A stretch of DNA of 64,000 nucleotides from a virus (Duplodnaviria > Caudoviricetes): the IMG/VR virus record IMGVR_UViG_2721755587_000002; one strand, given 5' to 3'. Positions 48,650 to 58,778 of the stretch are shown one piece after another. The number at the start of each line of letters is the position of its first letter. Positions within the stretch are counted from its first letter, which is position 1. Position numbers and translations under genes: made by a program. A model generated the notes under the pieces. It did no database searches. It saw nothing but the letters and a program-made list of their open reading frames with translations, and was not told the DNA's origin.

Positions 48650-49263
48650 CGGGGGCCGTCCGTTCGGCTGTCGCCGCGATAGACGCCGCCGTGGTCGTGC
48701 TTGTCGAGGACCACGTCATTGGAGGATAGGACGCCGTCGCGGTGGATGAAGTCGCCTGTGATGGCGTTGCCATGCTCGCCGCCGGTACCGGCGATGCCGT
48801 TCTGGTAGGAGAGCAGGCCCTGTACGGTCACGTTGCCGTCGAAGGTGGTGTCCGGGCAGCGCACCAGGACGCTGGTTGCCGCCTCTACCAGGATGGTCTT
48901 GACGCCGGTGATGGCCAACTCGCTGGTGGCGTGGTCGTAGCGGGTGAGGGCGCCGTCCGGGTAGCTCGTGACGGTCTCGTTTGCGCTGTGGCTGGGAACG
49001 TCGGTTGCGTCCGAAGGGATGCCGGTCAGGACGATGCCGTTGGCGACGTCGCCGCTCGGGCAGAGGAGCAGAACCTGCTCGCCGACGGTGGGTGGGTTCC
49101 AGGTGCGTGTTTTGCCGGCGCGGCGCTCGGCCCAGGGTAGCCAGGTGGTGGTGAGACCGCCGGTTTGGACGCGGACGCGGGGCGGATTGCCTGTCTGCAC
49201 GGCGGCGACGGTGCCGAGGCGGAGGAGGTTTTCGAGGAGACGAGCGAGTTCGGCGAGGTCCAT
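48646..49263 (-). CDS. gpV: Baseplate spike V
   Basis: WLPW...RAG..RTW.PPTVGEQV, C-terminal HDH. Confidence 0.92.
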   Translation of the reverse strand: MDLAELARLLENLLRLGTVAAVQTGNPPRVRVQTGGLTTTWLPWAERRAGKTRTWNPPTVGEQVLLLCPSGDVANGIVLTGIPSDATDVPSHSANETVTSYPDGALTRYDHATSELAITGVKTILVEAATSVLVRCPDTTFDGNVTVQGLLSYQNGIAGTGGEHGNAITGDFIHRDGVLSSNDVVLDKHDHGGVYRGDSRTDGPR

Positions 49264-49306
49264 GCGGCAAGATTGCCTTGCGCGCGCGGGATGGTCATTC
49301 ATTCGA

Positions 49307-49331
49307 TGTTGTCATTTCTGCCACTACAACA
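49307..49331. promoter_or_regulatory. Ogr-type late promoter element (V)
   Basis: TGTTGT-N13-ACAACA. Confidence 0.8.
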
Positions 49332-49544
49332 ACGCTAGGCTGGCAGCGTCAGCGCGCCGAAGTACTAAATCTTTGCAACCGGCGCGCCAATATCCTTTGT
49401 TCTGCAGTGACGCAGATAGGTGGGAAGATCTTCTGGTTTCCGATCCTCTGGATTCCGCTGCCGGTGGTCTGCCTTGAACTGACGCTCGGTGCCGCCCGCC
49501 AGGCGTTGATGCGAGGCTAAGTTTGATGCGTAGGTAGCAGTGGT

Positions 49545-49991
49545 TTAGCCCGCGATGTGCGCAACGATGGCGTCGGTCAGTGCCGACACCATTGCATCGT
49601 CGAAGCCTAGCAATTCGCGCTTGGGGTACTGCGCTTCTAGGCCTGCCTTGTTGACGCGATCCCTCAGCCCAAAGTGATGCACTTCCGCAATTCGGCGCGC
49701 GCGCCCGATGAATGTGACCACGGCAGCGTTTTCATCAGATTCGGCCTTCAGGAACCGTGCAGTGCGCAGCCGCGCGAACATCGTGCGGCGTATTCGTCCA
49801 GGCCGCTGCCGCAGTTGCGGCTTGCGCGGCTCATACGCCGACCCATCGGGGTTGCGCTGCGCGGCAATCCGCTTGACCTGGCGGCGCCGCATCTCCGCCG
49901 CCACGGCCCGCGCCAGCGCGCGGCGCGCGGGCGCATCGACGTTGACCAGCAGCCCGCCCAACCAGGACTCCAACTCGTGAAGATCGCTCAT
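49545..49991 (-). CDS. gpS: Tail completion gpS
   Basis: RIAAQRNPDGS.YEPRK, RELLG. Confidence 0.9.
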   Translation of the reverse strand: MSDLHELESWLGGLLVNVDAPARRALARAVAAEMRRRQVKRIAAQRNPDGSAYEPRKPQLRQRPGRIRRTMFARLRTARFLKAESDENAAVVTFIGRARRIAEVHHFGLRDRVNKAGLEAQYPKRELLGFDDAMVSALTDAIVAHIAG

Positions 49992-50428
49992 GGCACCACC
50001 GGCCGCCAGGTGGAGGGATCGTCGTACTCGTTCACCGGCTCCGGCTCGTGCGTGATGCTGTAGCCGCTGCCGGCCACGCGGACTGTTACGCGCTCGGTGA
50101 GCGCCAGCTTGATGGCGATATCGACAGTGGTGTGGTTGAGGATGTCTGCCTCAAACTTGAAGCCATCTTCCCGCCGATCCGGGTTGAAGAATAGCTCCGG
50201 CTGGTTGGCGCGCAGCCAGGCCAGCACCGGCACCGTGATGGTGTCCGAGTTGTCGGCATAGTCCGTCACGATCAGCGTCAGCGTGTACTGGTACTCGAAG
50301 GAGAGCGTTTTGCTGCCGGTAGCCACGACGCGGCCTTCGTCCACGAAGATGTGCAGCTTGTCGGGGTTGCGTTGCAGTTCCGGTACCGCGGCGGTTAGCG
50401 CTTGCCGGAGGTCGTTGGGCTTCATCAT
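49988..50428 (-). CDS. gpR: Tail completion gpR
   Basis: MMKP..LR, LSFEY.Y, LTERV. Confidence 0.9.
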   Translation of the reverse strand: MMKPNDLRQALTAAVPELQRNPDKLHIFVDEGRVVATGSKTLSFEYQYTLTLIVTDYADNSDTITVPVLAWLRANQPELFFNPDRREDGFKFEADILNHTTVDIAIKLALTERVTVRVAGSGYSITHEPEPVNEYDDPSTWRPVVP

Positions 50429-50934
50429 GGGTTGTCGTCTCCAATGACGGTCACGCCCTGGGCGCGTAGCATGGCCTGGAGCCGGGCTAGCTGTTCGGCG
50501 TTGGCGTGGCTGGTTGTGTAGTTGTCGGCAACGGTGGCGCCGACGGTAGAGAGCGCAAGGCCTGCGGGGGCCGCATCAGCATCGCCGGTACCTGGATCTG
50601 GCAAGACGCCGGCTGCTGCGGCGTCGTGCATCCGGACAAAGCCGACAGGGACAATACAAGCGGCATCAGCTTGCGGGGAAACATAGCGGGGTACCTCCTT
50701 GATGATGGTGTCGCCCTTGATTCGGATCTCGCGCACGCGATCGACGTACCGGGTGACGTACTCCGTGGCGCCTTGGGCGTTGTCCAGCTGGATGCGTAGC
50801 GCTGCAACCGTGCGTTGTGCCTCGGTAGCGCGTTGCTGCGCCGCACGGTAGCTGCCGACCGCCGAGGCGCCGGCAGTAGCTGCTGCCGCCAGCGCGACCA
50901 GCAGGGTGAGTGCGATGGCGAGCGAGCGCTTCAT
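50425..50934 (-). CDS. i-spanin (LysB/Rz)
   Basis: N-terminal TM, coiled coil, after endolysin. Confidence 0.8.
   Translation of the reverse strand: MKRSLAIALTLLVALAAAATAGASAVGSYRAAQQRATEAQRTVAALRIQLDNAQGATEYVTRYVDRVREIRIKGDTIIKEVPRYVSPQADAACIVPVGFVRMHDAAAAGVLPDPGTGDADAAPAGLALSTVGATVADNYTTSHANAEQLARLQAMLRAQGVTVIGDDNP
50487..50684 (-). CDS. Embedded o-spanin lipoprotein (Rz1/LysC-like)
   Basis: GGAGG RBS, lipobox LSGC, Pro-rich, nested in another frame of the i-spanin. Confidence 0.7.
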   Translation of the reverse strand: MFPRKLMPLVLSLSALSGCTTPQQPASCQIQVPAMLMRPPQALRSLPSAPPLPTTTQPATPTPNS

Positions 50935-51737
50935 ACGGTTGCCTGCTCCTCTGCCTGGTAACGCTCATAAGCGCGCGCCAGCTTGATGTCGTACAGGTTC
51001 GCCTTGTAGGCCGCGCCGTTATAAATGCTGGCGAAGGTATCCCATTTGCGGGTCTTCAGTGCCTTGTGTAGCGCGGGATCGGTTTCGACAAAGCGCACGA
51101 AGGCTCCAAGTTGCGCGGGCTCGCCGGTGCGCATGGCATCGGTGTAGGCGAGCACGCTGGCATAGCCGAGCCGCAGCCAATGAAAGCCCATGATCTGGAA
51201 GAGCCCCCAGCTTGCCGATTCCAACGCGCTGTCGCGATGGATGTGCATGGCGCCGGCCAGCCGTACATGCTCGCTGGCGCCGCCCATGTAGCCGCCGCGG
51301 GCGGGGTTCACTAGCTTGGGGAAGCCTTTGGCCAAGTCATCGGCATCCAGCTTTGCCAGGCGGAGCTGCCGATACATGATGTGCCGTTCGAAGAGAATCG
51401 CGGGGCGGCCATCGGGCAGGAAGCCGGTGCCGCGGCTCTCCACTTCATTCACGGCGCGCACCACGGCCAAGGGCAGGGCTAGCTTGTCGGCAGCACGTTG
51501 CAGATCGGCAGCAGCCAGGTGTCCCGGCTGGCGTCCGTCGATCTGGAGGGCGACAAAGGTCTTCGGCCCGGCGATGCCATCGATGACCAGGCCGTAGCGC
51601 GCCTGGGCGGCACGCACAGCGGCGTCGGTCTGGATGCCGAAGTGGGAGGTCAGGGGTAGGGTGGCGCCACGGAGCCGGAGCAGCCGTTGCAGTTCCAGCA
51701 CGTCATCGCCGCTGCTGCCGCGTCGCAGGATGGTCAT
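50931..51737 (-). CDS. Endolysin: PG-binding + N-acetylmuramidase (DUF3380-type)
   Basis: DGIAGPKT; EVES.G, ILFERH, SWGLFQIMGF, YNG. Confidence 0.9.
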   Translation of the reverse strand: MTILRRGSSGDDVLELQRLLRLRGATLPLTSHFGIQTDAAVRAAQARYGLVIDGIAGPKTFVALQIDGRQPGHLAAADLQRAADKLALPLAVVRAVNEVESRGTGFLPDGRPAILFERHIMYRQLRLAKLDADDLAKGFPKLVNPARGGYMGGASEHVRLAGAMHIHRDSALESASWGLFQIMGFHWLRLGYASVLAYTDAMRTGEPAQLGAFVRFVETDPALHKALKTRKWDTFASIYNGAAYKANLYDIKLARAYERYQAEEQATV

Positions 51738-52045
51738 GGGCACCTCCGCAGCAGGCGGAGCAGCCAGGAGCCCCGGCCGTCGTCCATGCGGAACAGCTCG
51801 ACCACATTGCCGCGCACGGTGTAGACGGCGACGCAGAGGATGGCGGTGATGCCGATCTGAGCCAGCATCGCCCAGTCGTACCGGCCGAACAGCACGCCGA
51901 TGGGCGCAGCAGCGGTCACCACGATCATGCCGTAGGCGAGCCGGGCGGCCCACGGCCGGTAGACCGCGCCATGCCGGCGGAAGAGCAGCAAGCGCACGGC
52001 GATCAGGGCGCACAGGATGGCGTGCAGGGTGAACAGCAGGGTCAT
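51734..52045 (-). CDS. Holin family protein
   Basis: 3 TM, RGNV..L motif. Confidence 0.75.
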   Translation of the reverse strand: MTLLFTLHAILCALIAVRLLLFRRHGAVYRPWAARLAYGMIVVTAAAPIGVLFGRYDWAMLAQIGITAILCVAVYTVRGNVVELFRMDDGRGSWLLRLLRRCP

Positions 52046-52431
52046 TTGCGGTCTCCTCGGGTACCGCCCTTGAAGAGGGCGAACATCTTGTCGCCGTTGT
52101 CGGCAACGCGGATCAGCGCCAGCAGCAGCTTGACCACCACGGCGGACGCCACGAGGGCGCCGACGCCATGGCTTACCTCAGCCTCCGGCGGTAGCGCCCA
52201 GTCGATCAGGTAGGCGGTGAGCGGTGCCGACATGCAGCCGGCAATGACGGACAGTGCCAGGAAGGCCATCTTCTTGAGCGGGCCGAGATCTTCCGAGTTG
52301 AGGACGAACACGGCGGCGCCGGCGAAGGCGCCGAGCACGGTGCCGGCGTCCACGCCAGGCAGCAGGGAGATGGCGCCGGCGGCCGTCACCGCGACGGCGG
52401 TGGCGGAGCTGGCGGCGATGGGTTCAGCCAT
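52042..52431 (-). CDS. Putative holin
   Basis: MAEP...GAFAGA.VF, 3 TM. Confidence 0.75.
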   Translation of the reverse strand: MAEPIAASSATAVAVTAAGAISLLPGVDAGTVLGAFAGAAVFVLNSEDLGPLKKMAFLALSVIAGCMSAPLTAYLIDWALPPEAEVSHGVGALVASAVVVKLLLALIRVADNGDKMFALFKGGTRGDRK

Positions 52432-52445
52432 GACGGCTCCTTTGA

Positions 52446-52649
52446 TCAGTCCCACAGCTGCACGCGTTGGATGGCAGGCTGTGGCGGGTTGTCGGGCAAT
52501 TCAAGCTCTGTGCCGTTGGGCAGGACCGGGCCAAGATCGGCCAGGCCGGGATTGGCTTCGAGCACGGCCTCAGTGACGCCGGCGGTGCGGCCGTAGACGC
52601 GCTGGCAGATCGCGTCCACGGTGTCGCCCTGCATGGCCCGCGCGCGCAT
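52446..52649 (-). CDS. gpX: Tail protein X (LysM-like)
   Basis: QGDTVD.IC...ANPGLA...VQLWD. Confidence 0.92.
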   Translation of the reverse strand: MRARAMQGDTVDAICQRVYGRTAGVTEAVLEANPGLADLGPVLPNGTELELPDNPPQPAIQRVQLWD

Positions 52650-53116
52650 CAGATCAGCGCCACGGTGCTGCGCGGGATGCCCAGCATGTCGCTGATGGCC
52701 CAGCGGGCGTCGCGGCGCAGGTCGTCGACAGCGAGCAGGAGTACTTCGCCCTTGCGGTCGCCGGCGGCGGTCGCGTCGAAGTCCGGGTAGCGCTCAATCC
52801 GACTGGCCCGGGCCATGCAGTACACGGCTCGCTGGTAGCGGTGCAGGTGGGCCGATTGGCCGTCGATCTCCGGCGTGGGGATCTCTCGCAGGGTGGTGTG
52901 GCCGGCGGCGTACTGCCGGGCCTTCCAGTTGGCCAGTTCCTCGTTGGTGGAAAGTGCTGCCTCCACGAGGGCGGCACGCAGGCGCTCGGGAGTCACAGTG
53001 CCATCGAGGCGCATGGCCTTTAGGGCGTGCGCCACGTCCAGGTCGGGGAAGAATCCGTCGTTGCGGATGATTTCCTGCGCTGTGTCGGGCGGTGCAGCTG
53101 CGATGAAAGAGGACAT
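52649..53116 (-). CDS. gpL: Head completion gpL
   Basis: NDGFFPD, Y.RAVY, DARWAI. Confidence 0.9.
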   Translation of the reverse strand: MSSFIAAAPPDTAQEIIRNDGFFPDLDVAHALKAMRLDGTVTPERLRAALVEAALSTNEELANWKARQYAAGHTTLREIPTPEIDGQSAHLHRYQRAVYCMARASRIERYPDFDATAAGDRKGEVLLLAVDDLRRDARWAISDMLGIPRSTVALI

Positions 53117-53211
53117 GGGCGTCTTGAATTAGAGGCGGTGGACGGGGCGAGGGATCGCGGCATGCCGGAAGCTCGCCCCGTGCCGCCTGGTGCGCGGGGT
53201 CACGCTCGGTG

Positions 53212-53934
53212 TCAGGCCTTGCCGGTCCCTTTTTTGGTATCGGCCTGGGCTGCGTTCTTTAGCTCGCGTTCGAGCTTCTCGATGTCTTTCTTCACGCCGA
53301 CCTTGTCGTGCAATTCCAGCGCGCGTTTGAGCGAGCTCAGAGCGAAGGCGCGGTGGTGTGGCTGCGCGTCGGGAGGGCTGGCATCGAGCACACTCAGCTG
53401 CGCGTAGCCGACGGCCTTGTGGAGCTTGGCGCGCACCTCGTCGGGCATGTCCTGGTCGGCGGTTAGGTTCACGACCGCAACTAGCGTGTCCACATCGACG
53501 GCCTGGCCGGCCTCGGCTGCCTTGATGCCCATGGTGGCGTACTCCTCCGCAATCAGGCAGGCGGTGGTGCGCTGATACTGGTCGGGCATGGCGAGCTGGT
53601 GCCGGATGGCGTACATCGCCAGGGGCAGGGCGCCGGCAAAGTCGCCGATATCGATGAACCAGACCATGACAGTCATGAAGACCTCGTCCTGCACGCCGGC
53701 ATCGGCCTCCAGCACGCCTTCGATCCAGGCTGCGTACTCGGGCAGCAGCACGCGCTTGAGCTCGGCCTTGCGCTCGATGGACTGCACCAGCTTGAGCTGC
53801 CGTTTGTGGTCCGCCAGTTGGGCCAGCATGAGCTCGTGGCCGGTGGCATGGCGCAGCGGGTTCCCGGCCTGCTCGATTGCCGCGGCCTGGGTGGCGGAGA
53901 CGCGCAGGAAGTGGTGGCGGGCCGGGCTGCTCAT
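53212..53934 (-). CDS. gpM: Terminase small subunit gpM
   Basis: SPAR.H, DMPDEVRAKLHK, GVKKDI. Confidence 0.92.
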   Translation of the reverse strand: MSSPARHHFLRVSATQAAAIEQAGNPLRHATGHELMLAQLADHKRQLKLVQSIERKAELKRVLLPEYAAWIEGVLEADAGVQDEVFMTVMVWFIDIGDFAGALPLAMYAIRHQLAMPDQYQRTTACLIAEEYATMGIKAAEAGQAVDVDTLVAVVNLTADQDMPDEVRAKLHKAVGYAQLSVLDASPPDAQPHHRAFALSSLKRALELHDKVGVKKDIEKLERELKNAAQADTKKGTGKA

Positions 53935-54938
53935 TCCAGCACCTCGATGTTCTCGGCCAGCGTGGCGCAGCCCAGGTCTTCGATGACGTAGGCATCGTTG
54001 CTGGACTCGAAGTTCTCGATCCGGTCGCGGCGCGCGTTATCGATGATGGTACGGCGACGCGCGCCGGACTGGTAGTAGAGCGAGAGGTTCTCCAGCTTAG
54101 TCACCAGCAGGCCGGCGGGCGGGAAGTAGGGCACGCGCACCGCCGGGAGGTTGCCGATGCGCTTCTGGCTGATGACCAGATCCGCTGCAAGGGTCTCCGT
54201 GGGTGCGTGGTTCTGGTTCACCACCGGGAAGTACTTGTCGGCTAGCAGCTTGCGGCCGCAGATCACCACCAGGTCGGGGTCTTCCTGGTACCAGGGTTCC
54301 AGCATCTCATTGACCAGGTCGAACACCAGGGCGTCCAGGTTGGCATAGTCGCCGTTTTTGCCGACGGCGATCGTGCCGCCGCGCTTGCCTTCCTTCATGA
54401 CGCGCTGCGGCGCTTGCTCGCGCATATGCTGCAGCCAGCCCTTGTTGACGTCCTGCAGGAGCGGGTTGGCCGAGCGATCGGAGTCCGCCTCCCGTCGCAT
54501 GCCGTTGAAGCCGATGATCATGCGGTCCAGCGCCTGGCGCTTGATGATGGCGTCGCGGATGCGCGTCTGGAAGTCGGGGAACTTGGCCCAGGCGTCCAGC
54601 TTCTGGTAAGTGATGTGCGTGTCGGAGTCGGTCTTCTCGCAGCGGTACCGGCGGTCGTCGAGGGTGGCGAGGTCGCTGGTCTGGCGATCCCGCTTGGAGG
54701 TGTCCGTGGTGCTGGCGGCGGGGCCGGATACGCCCAGGCCAATCTTCTCGCCTTCCAGTTCCAGGACCGGATAGATGTTGATCGATTTGAGGAACTGGCT
54801 GGATTCCTGGATCTTGGTTTCCAGCGTCTGCTGCACGCTGGGCTCGACCGAGAACTTACGGTCGACGCGCTGCACGCTGTTGAGCTGGGCGATGGTGTCG
54901 GCGAACTGCTGGAACAGGACGCGGGTGTCGTTACGCAT
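53931..54938 (-). CDS. gpN: Major capsid protein gpN
   Basis: MRNDTR, NPLLQDVNKGWLQ. Confidence 0.95.
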   Translation of the reverse strand: MRNDTRVLFQQFADTIAQLNSVQRVDRKFSVEPSVQQTLETKIQESSQFLKSINIYPVLELEGEKIGLGVSGPAASTTDTSKRDRQTSDLATLDDRRYRCEKTDSDTHITYQKLDAWAKFPDFQTRIRDAIIKRQALDRMIIGFNGMRREADSDRSANPLLQDVNKGWLQHMREQAPQRVMKEGKRGGTIAVGKNGDYANLDALVFDLVNEMLEPWYQEDPDLVVICGRKLLADKYFPVVNQNHAPTETLAADLVISQKRIGNLPAVRVPYFPPAGLLVTKLENLSLYYQSGARRRTIIDNARRDRIENFESSNDAYVIEDLGCATLAENIEVLE

Positions 54939-54986
54939 TGTGGTGGCTCCGGATGGATGAGTGAGGTGCGCTGGCCGGAGGCTGGG

Positions 54987-55805
54987 TCAGCAATCGGTCT
55001 TGATGGCGTCGCCGCTGCCGCCGGTGGCGGGGGGGCGGCGGGCGAAGGTTTCGGCTTTGTCGAGCGAGCTCTTCAGGGCTGTGAAGGCTTCTTTGTCCTT
55101 GTCCTGGCTCGTCTTGAGTTGGGCGAGCTGCTGGTTGATGCCATCGATGGCGGTGGAGAACTGTTCGCCAAGTGCCTGCAGTTGCTGAGCGATGGTTTGC
55201 ACGGCTTCTTGCATGTCGGCGTTTCCGGCATCGGTTTCCTGCTGTCTGGCGAACAGCTTCTTGATGCTGGCCGCGAATCCGGGCTTTACAGCCGCGGTGG
55301 TCTGCGCGGGTTCGAACTCGAGGGAGACCTCGACGGCCTCGGAGAAGAGGTTGTCCGGCTCCTGCTTGCGTTCGGCCAGCGGGTTCTGTTTCGCCTTGGC
55401 GCTGAATTGCAGCATCTCGCATCCGAGGCTGGCGGGGTTGTCGGTGACGGCCAGGCCGACCAGGTAGGCTTCGCCGGTGTCGGCGAAGTTGGGTTGGATC
55501 TCCATGGAGCAGTAGATTTTCTGGCGTGCCTTGTTGAGCGCCACCAGCTCAGAGGTTGGGTCGATCTGCGCATACAGGCCGAGTTTGCCGTCCTCTTCCT
55601 CGGTCTTGAGCGCGATCACGTCGCCGTAGGCTCTGAACGGGCCAGTGGGGTCATAGCCGCGGATGTGCTCCAGGTTGACGCGTGCGCCGTAGGTCTTGGG
55701 ATCGTAGCTGGCAGCCATCTGCAGCAGCATGTTGCGGTCAATCGTGCGGCCATCGCTGGTTGCGCCTTCGGTAGCGATGCGGAAAAACTTGGTCTTGGCG
55801 GCCAT
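54987..55805 (-). CDS. gpO: Capsid scaffolding/protease gpO
   Basis: FRIATEGAT.DGR, GLAVTD.PASLG, ends TDC. Confidence 0.93.
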   Translation of the reverse strand: MAAKTKFFRIATEGATSDGRTIDRNMLLQMAASYDPKTYGARVNLEHIRGYDPTGPFRAYGDVIALKTEEEDGKLGLYAQIDPTSELVALNKARQKIYCSMEIQPNFADTGEAYLVGLAVTDNPASLGCEMLQFSAKAKQNPLAERKQEPDNLFSEAVEVSLEFEPAQTTAAVKPGFAASIKKLFARQQETDAGNADMQEAVQTIAQQLQALGEQFSTAIDGINQQLAQLKTSQDKDKEAFTALKSSLDKAETFARRPPATGGSGDAIKTDC

Positions 55806-55879
55806 GGTGTCCTCGTGTTTGGCGATGCGTCGTGGTGATGCCATCTTCTGCGGCGGGGCACGCGCGGGCAATGTCGGGG

Positions 55880-55904
55880 TGTTGTGAGCTGGCCGTACAC
55901 AACA
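55880..55904. promoter_or_regulatory. Ogr-type late promoter element (divergent O/P)
   Basis: TGTTGT-N13-ACAACA. Confidence 0.8.
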
Positions 55905-55947
55905 TGGGCGGCGTGGCACGCGCGCGCGCGGCGGGTAGCGTGGCGGC

Positions 55948-57726
55948 ATGGATACGCAAGCCCTCTTAACAGTCCCTGTCGAAGCGGTGATGGACCCTCG
56001 CCGGCGCGCTCGGGCGCTCTACTGGCAGGGCTATCGCATTGCGCGCATCGCCGAGATGCTGGGCATCACCGCAGCCACGGTCTACAGTTGGAAGCGGCGC
56101 GACGCGTGGGATGCGGCGGACCCGGTGGAGCGGGTGAGCACCTGCATCGAAGCGCGCATGGCACAGCTGATCGCCAAGGAAGCGAAAGAGGGGAAGGACT
56201 TCAAGGAGATCGACCTGCTGGGCCGGCAGATGGAGCGACTGGCGCGCGTGCGGCGGTACGAGGTCAGCCGAAATGAGGCGGACCTGAACCCGAACGTGGC
56301 GAACCGGAACAAGGGTCCGAGAAAGGCGCCGGAGCGCAATGCGGTCAGCGAGGAACAGCAGACGCAGTTGCAGGATGCGTTCATGGATTCGCTCTTCGGC
56401 TACCAGAAGCGCTGGTACGAGGCGGGGCTGACCGAGCGCATCCGCAATATCCTCAAGAGCCGGCAGATCGGGGCCACATGGTACTTCGCGCGGGAGGCCT
56501 TCATCGACGCGCTGACCACGGGGCGCAACCAGGTCTTCCTGTCGGCCAGTAAGGCGCAGGCGCACGTCTTCAAGCAGTACATCATCCAGTTCGCCCGCGA
56601 CGCCGCGGGCGTTGAGCTACGGGGCGATCCCATCGTGCTGCCGAATGGCGCCACGCTGTACTTCCTCGGGACCAATGCACGCACGGCGCAGAGCTATCAC
56701 GGCAATCTTTACGTGGACGAGTACTTCTGGATTCAGCGCTTCCAGGAGCTGCGGAAGGTGGCGTCTGGCATGGCGATTCATGCCAGGTGGAGGCAAACCT
56801 ATTTCTCGACGCCGTCCAGTCTGGCGCATGAGGCTTATCCGTTTTGGTCCGGCGCGCTGTTCAATCGCGGTCGGAAGAAGGAGGCGCGGGTACAGGTCGA
56901 TATCGACCATGCCAGCCTGCAGCATGGCAAGCGGTGCGGAGATGGACAGTGGCGTCAGATTGTTACCGTGGAAGATGCCGTGCGTGGTGGTTGCAACCTG
57001 TTCGACCTGGACCAGCTCCGCCTCGAATACAGCGACGCCGATTTCGAGAACCTGCTGATGTGCGGGTTCATCGATGACAACGCCTCCGTCTTCCCGCTCT
57101 CGGTGATGATGCGTTGCATGGTCGATAGCTGGGAGGTGTGGGAAGACTTCCGGCACTGGTCGCCACGGCCGTTCGGCAACCGCGAGGTGTGGGTGGGCTA
57201 CGACCCGAACGGCGGTGGTGGCGACAGCGCCGCGCTAGTTGTCGTGGCGCCGCCGCTGGTGGCCGGTGGCAAGTTCCGCGTACTGGAGAAGCATCAGTTC
57301 CGCGGCATTGACTACGAAGAGCAGGCTGCCGCAATCCAGCGCGTGACCGAGCGCTACAACGTGAGCTACATCGGCATTGACCGTACTGGTATCGGCGATG
57401 CCGTGTTCAAGCTGGCGCAGAAGTTCTTTCCCGGAGCGGAGGGCTTCACGTATTCGGTCGACGTCAAGACTGGCCTGGTGCTCAAGGCGAACGACGTCAT
57501 CAGCAAGGGCCGGTTGGAATACGACGCCGGCTGGACCGACTTCGCCGCGTCCTTCATGTCCATCAAGAAGACCACCACCGCCGCCGGCGGCCGGGTCACG
57601 TACCAGGCCGGCCGCTCGGAGGAAACCAGCCACGCGGATCTCGCGTGGGCCTGCATGCATGCGCTTTCGCACGAACCCATCGAAGGCGTCACCACCACCA
57701 ATTCCAGCATCATGGAGCTGTCATGA
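55948..57726 (+). CDS. gpP: Terminase ATPase subunit gpP
   Basis: LYWQG, LKSRQIGATW, YVDEYFW, HADLAWA. Confidence 0.95.
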   Translation: MDTQALLTVPVEAVMDPRRRARALYWQGYRIARIAEMLGITAATVYSWKRRDAWDAADPVERVSTCIEARMAQLIAKEAKEGKDFKEIDLLGRQMERLARVRRYEVSRNEADLNPNVANRNKGPRKAPERNAVSEEQQTQLQDAFMDSLFGYQKRWYEAGLTERIRNILKSRQIGATWYFAREAFIDALTTGRNQVFLSASKAQAHVFKQYIIQFARDAAGVELRGDPIVLPNGATLYFLGTNARTAQSYHGNLYVDEYFWIQRFQELRKVASGMAIHARWRQTYFSTPSSLAHEAYPFWSGALFNRGRKKEARVQVDIDHASLQHGKRCGDGQWRQIVTVEDAVRGGCNLFDLDQLRLEYSDADFENLLMCGFIDDNASVFPLSVMMRCMVDSWEVWEDFRHWSPRPFGNREVWVGYDPNGGGGDSAALVVVAPPLVAGGKFRVLEKHQFRGIDYEEQAAAIQRVTERYNVSYIGIDRTGIGDAVFKLAQKFFPGAEGFTYSVDVKTGLVLKANDVISKGRLEYDAGWTDFAASFMSIKKTTTAAGGRVTYQAGRSEETSHADLAWACMHALSHEPIEGVTTTNSSIMELS

Positions 57727-58778
57727 GTCGAAGAAAGTCGCCACGCGGCGCACGCGCAACGAACCCAGCCGAGGCGCATGCAGCGCCTGCCGCCTCTGCT
57801 GAGGCGTTCAGCTTTGGCGATCCCATCGCCGTGCTCGACCGGCGCGAGCTGTTGGACTATGTGGAGTGCCAGCGCATGGGGAAATGGTATGAGCCACCTA
57901 TGTCGTGGGATGGTCTGGCGCGGTCGTTCCGCGCGGCCGTGCATCACAGCTCGCCCATCTATGTGAAGCGCAACATCCTGGTATCCACCTTCGTGCCGCA
58001 CAAGCTGCTGTCACGCTCGGCGTTCGCGCGCTGGGTGCTGGACTTTCTCATCTTCGGCAACGCGTACCTCGAACGGCGCGACAACGTGCTGGGCCGCCCC
58101 GTCAGCCTGGAGCCCGCGCTGGCGAAGTACATGCGCCGCGGCATTGACCTGGCCAGCTACTGGTGGGTGCAAAACTGGCAGCAGCCGCATGAGTTCAGGC
58201 CGGGCAGCGTCTTCCATTTGCTCGAGCCGGACATCAACCAGGAGGTGTATGGCTTGCCCGAGTATCTCTCTGCGCTCAATGCCACCTGGCTGAACGAATC
58301 GGCCACGCTGTTCCGCCGCCGCTACTACAAGAACGGTAGCCACGCCGGCTTCATCCTGTACATGACGGACGCCGCGCAGAAGCAGGAAGACGTCGATACG
58401 CTTCGCCAGGCGCTCAAGGACAGCAAGGGGCCGGGGAATTTCCGGAACCTGTTCATGTACGCGCCAAATGGGAAGAAGGACGGCATCCAGCTGTTGCCGG
58501 TGTCGGAAGTGGCGGCCAAGGATGAATTCTGGAACGTGAAGAACATTACGCGCGATGATCAGTTGTCCGCGCATCGCGTGCCGCCGCAACTGATTGGGAT
58601 CATTCCACACAACACCGGTGGGTTCGGGGATGCGGCGAAGGCGGCGGAGGTCTTCGCGTGCAATGAGGTGAAGCCTTTGCAGAACCGGCTGATGGAGGTC
58701 AACGAATGGCTTGGTGCGGAGGTGGTGCGCTTTGATGCCTACAGCCTTTGCAATGAGGTGGGAGGCCCACTACCGTGA
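57723..58778 (+). CDS. gpQ: Portal protein gpQ
   Basis: FSFGDP, YGLPEY, YKNGSHAGFI, AHRVPP. Confidence 0.95.
   Translation: MSRRKSPRGARATNPAEAHAAPAASAEAFSFGDPIAVLDRRELLDYVECQRMGKWYEPPMSWDGLARSFRAAVHHSSPIYVKRNILVSTFVPHKLLSRSAFARWVLDFLIFGNAYLERRDNVLGRPVSLEPALAKYMRRGIDLASYWWVQNWQQPHEFRPGSVFHLLEPDINQEVYGLPEYLSALNATWLNESATLFRRRYYKNGSHAGFILYMTDAAQKQEDVDTLRQALKDSKGPGNFRNLFMYAPNGKKDGIQLLPVSEVAAKDEFWNVKNITRDDQLSAHRVPPQLIGIIPHNTGGFGDAAKAAEVFACNEVKPLQNRLMEVNEWLGAEVVRFDAYSLCNEVGGPLP

Noticed and set aside
49335-49545. Moron between gpS and gpV
   Set aside because: Lower-GC spacer but no ORF with a credible RBS or motif
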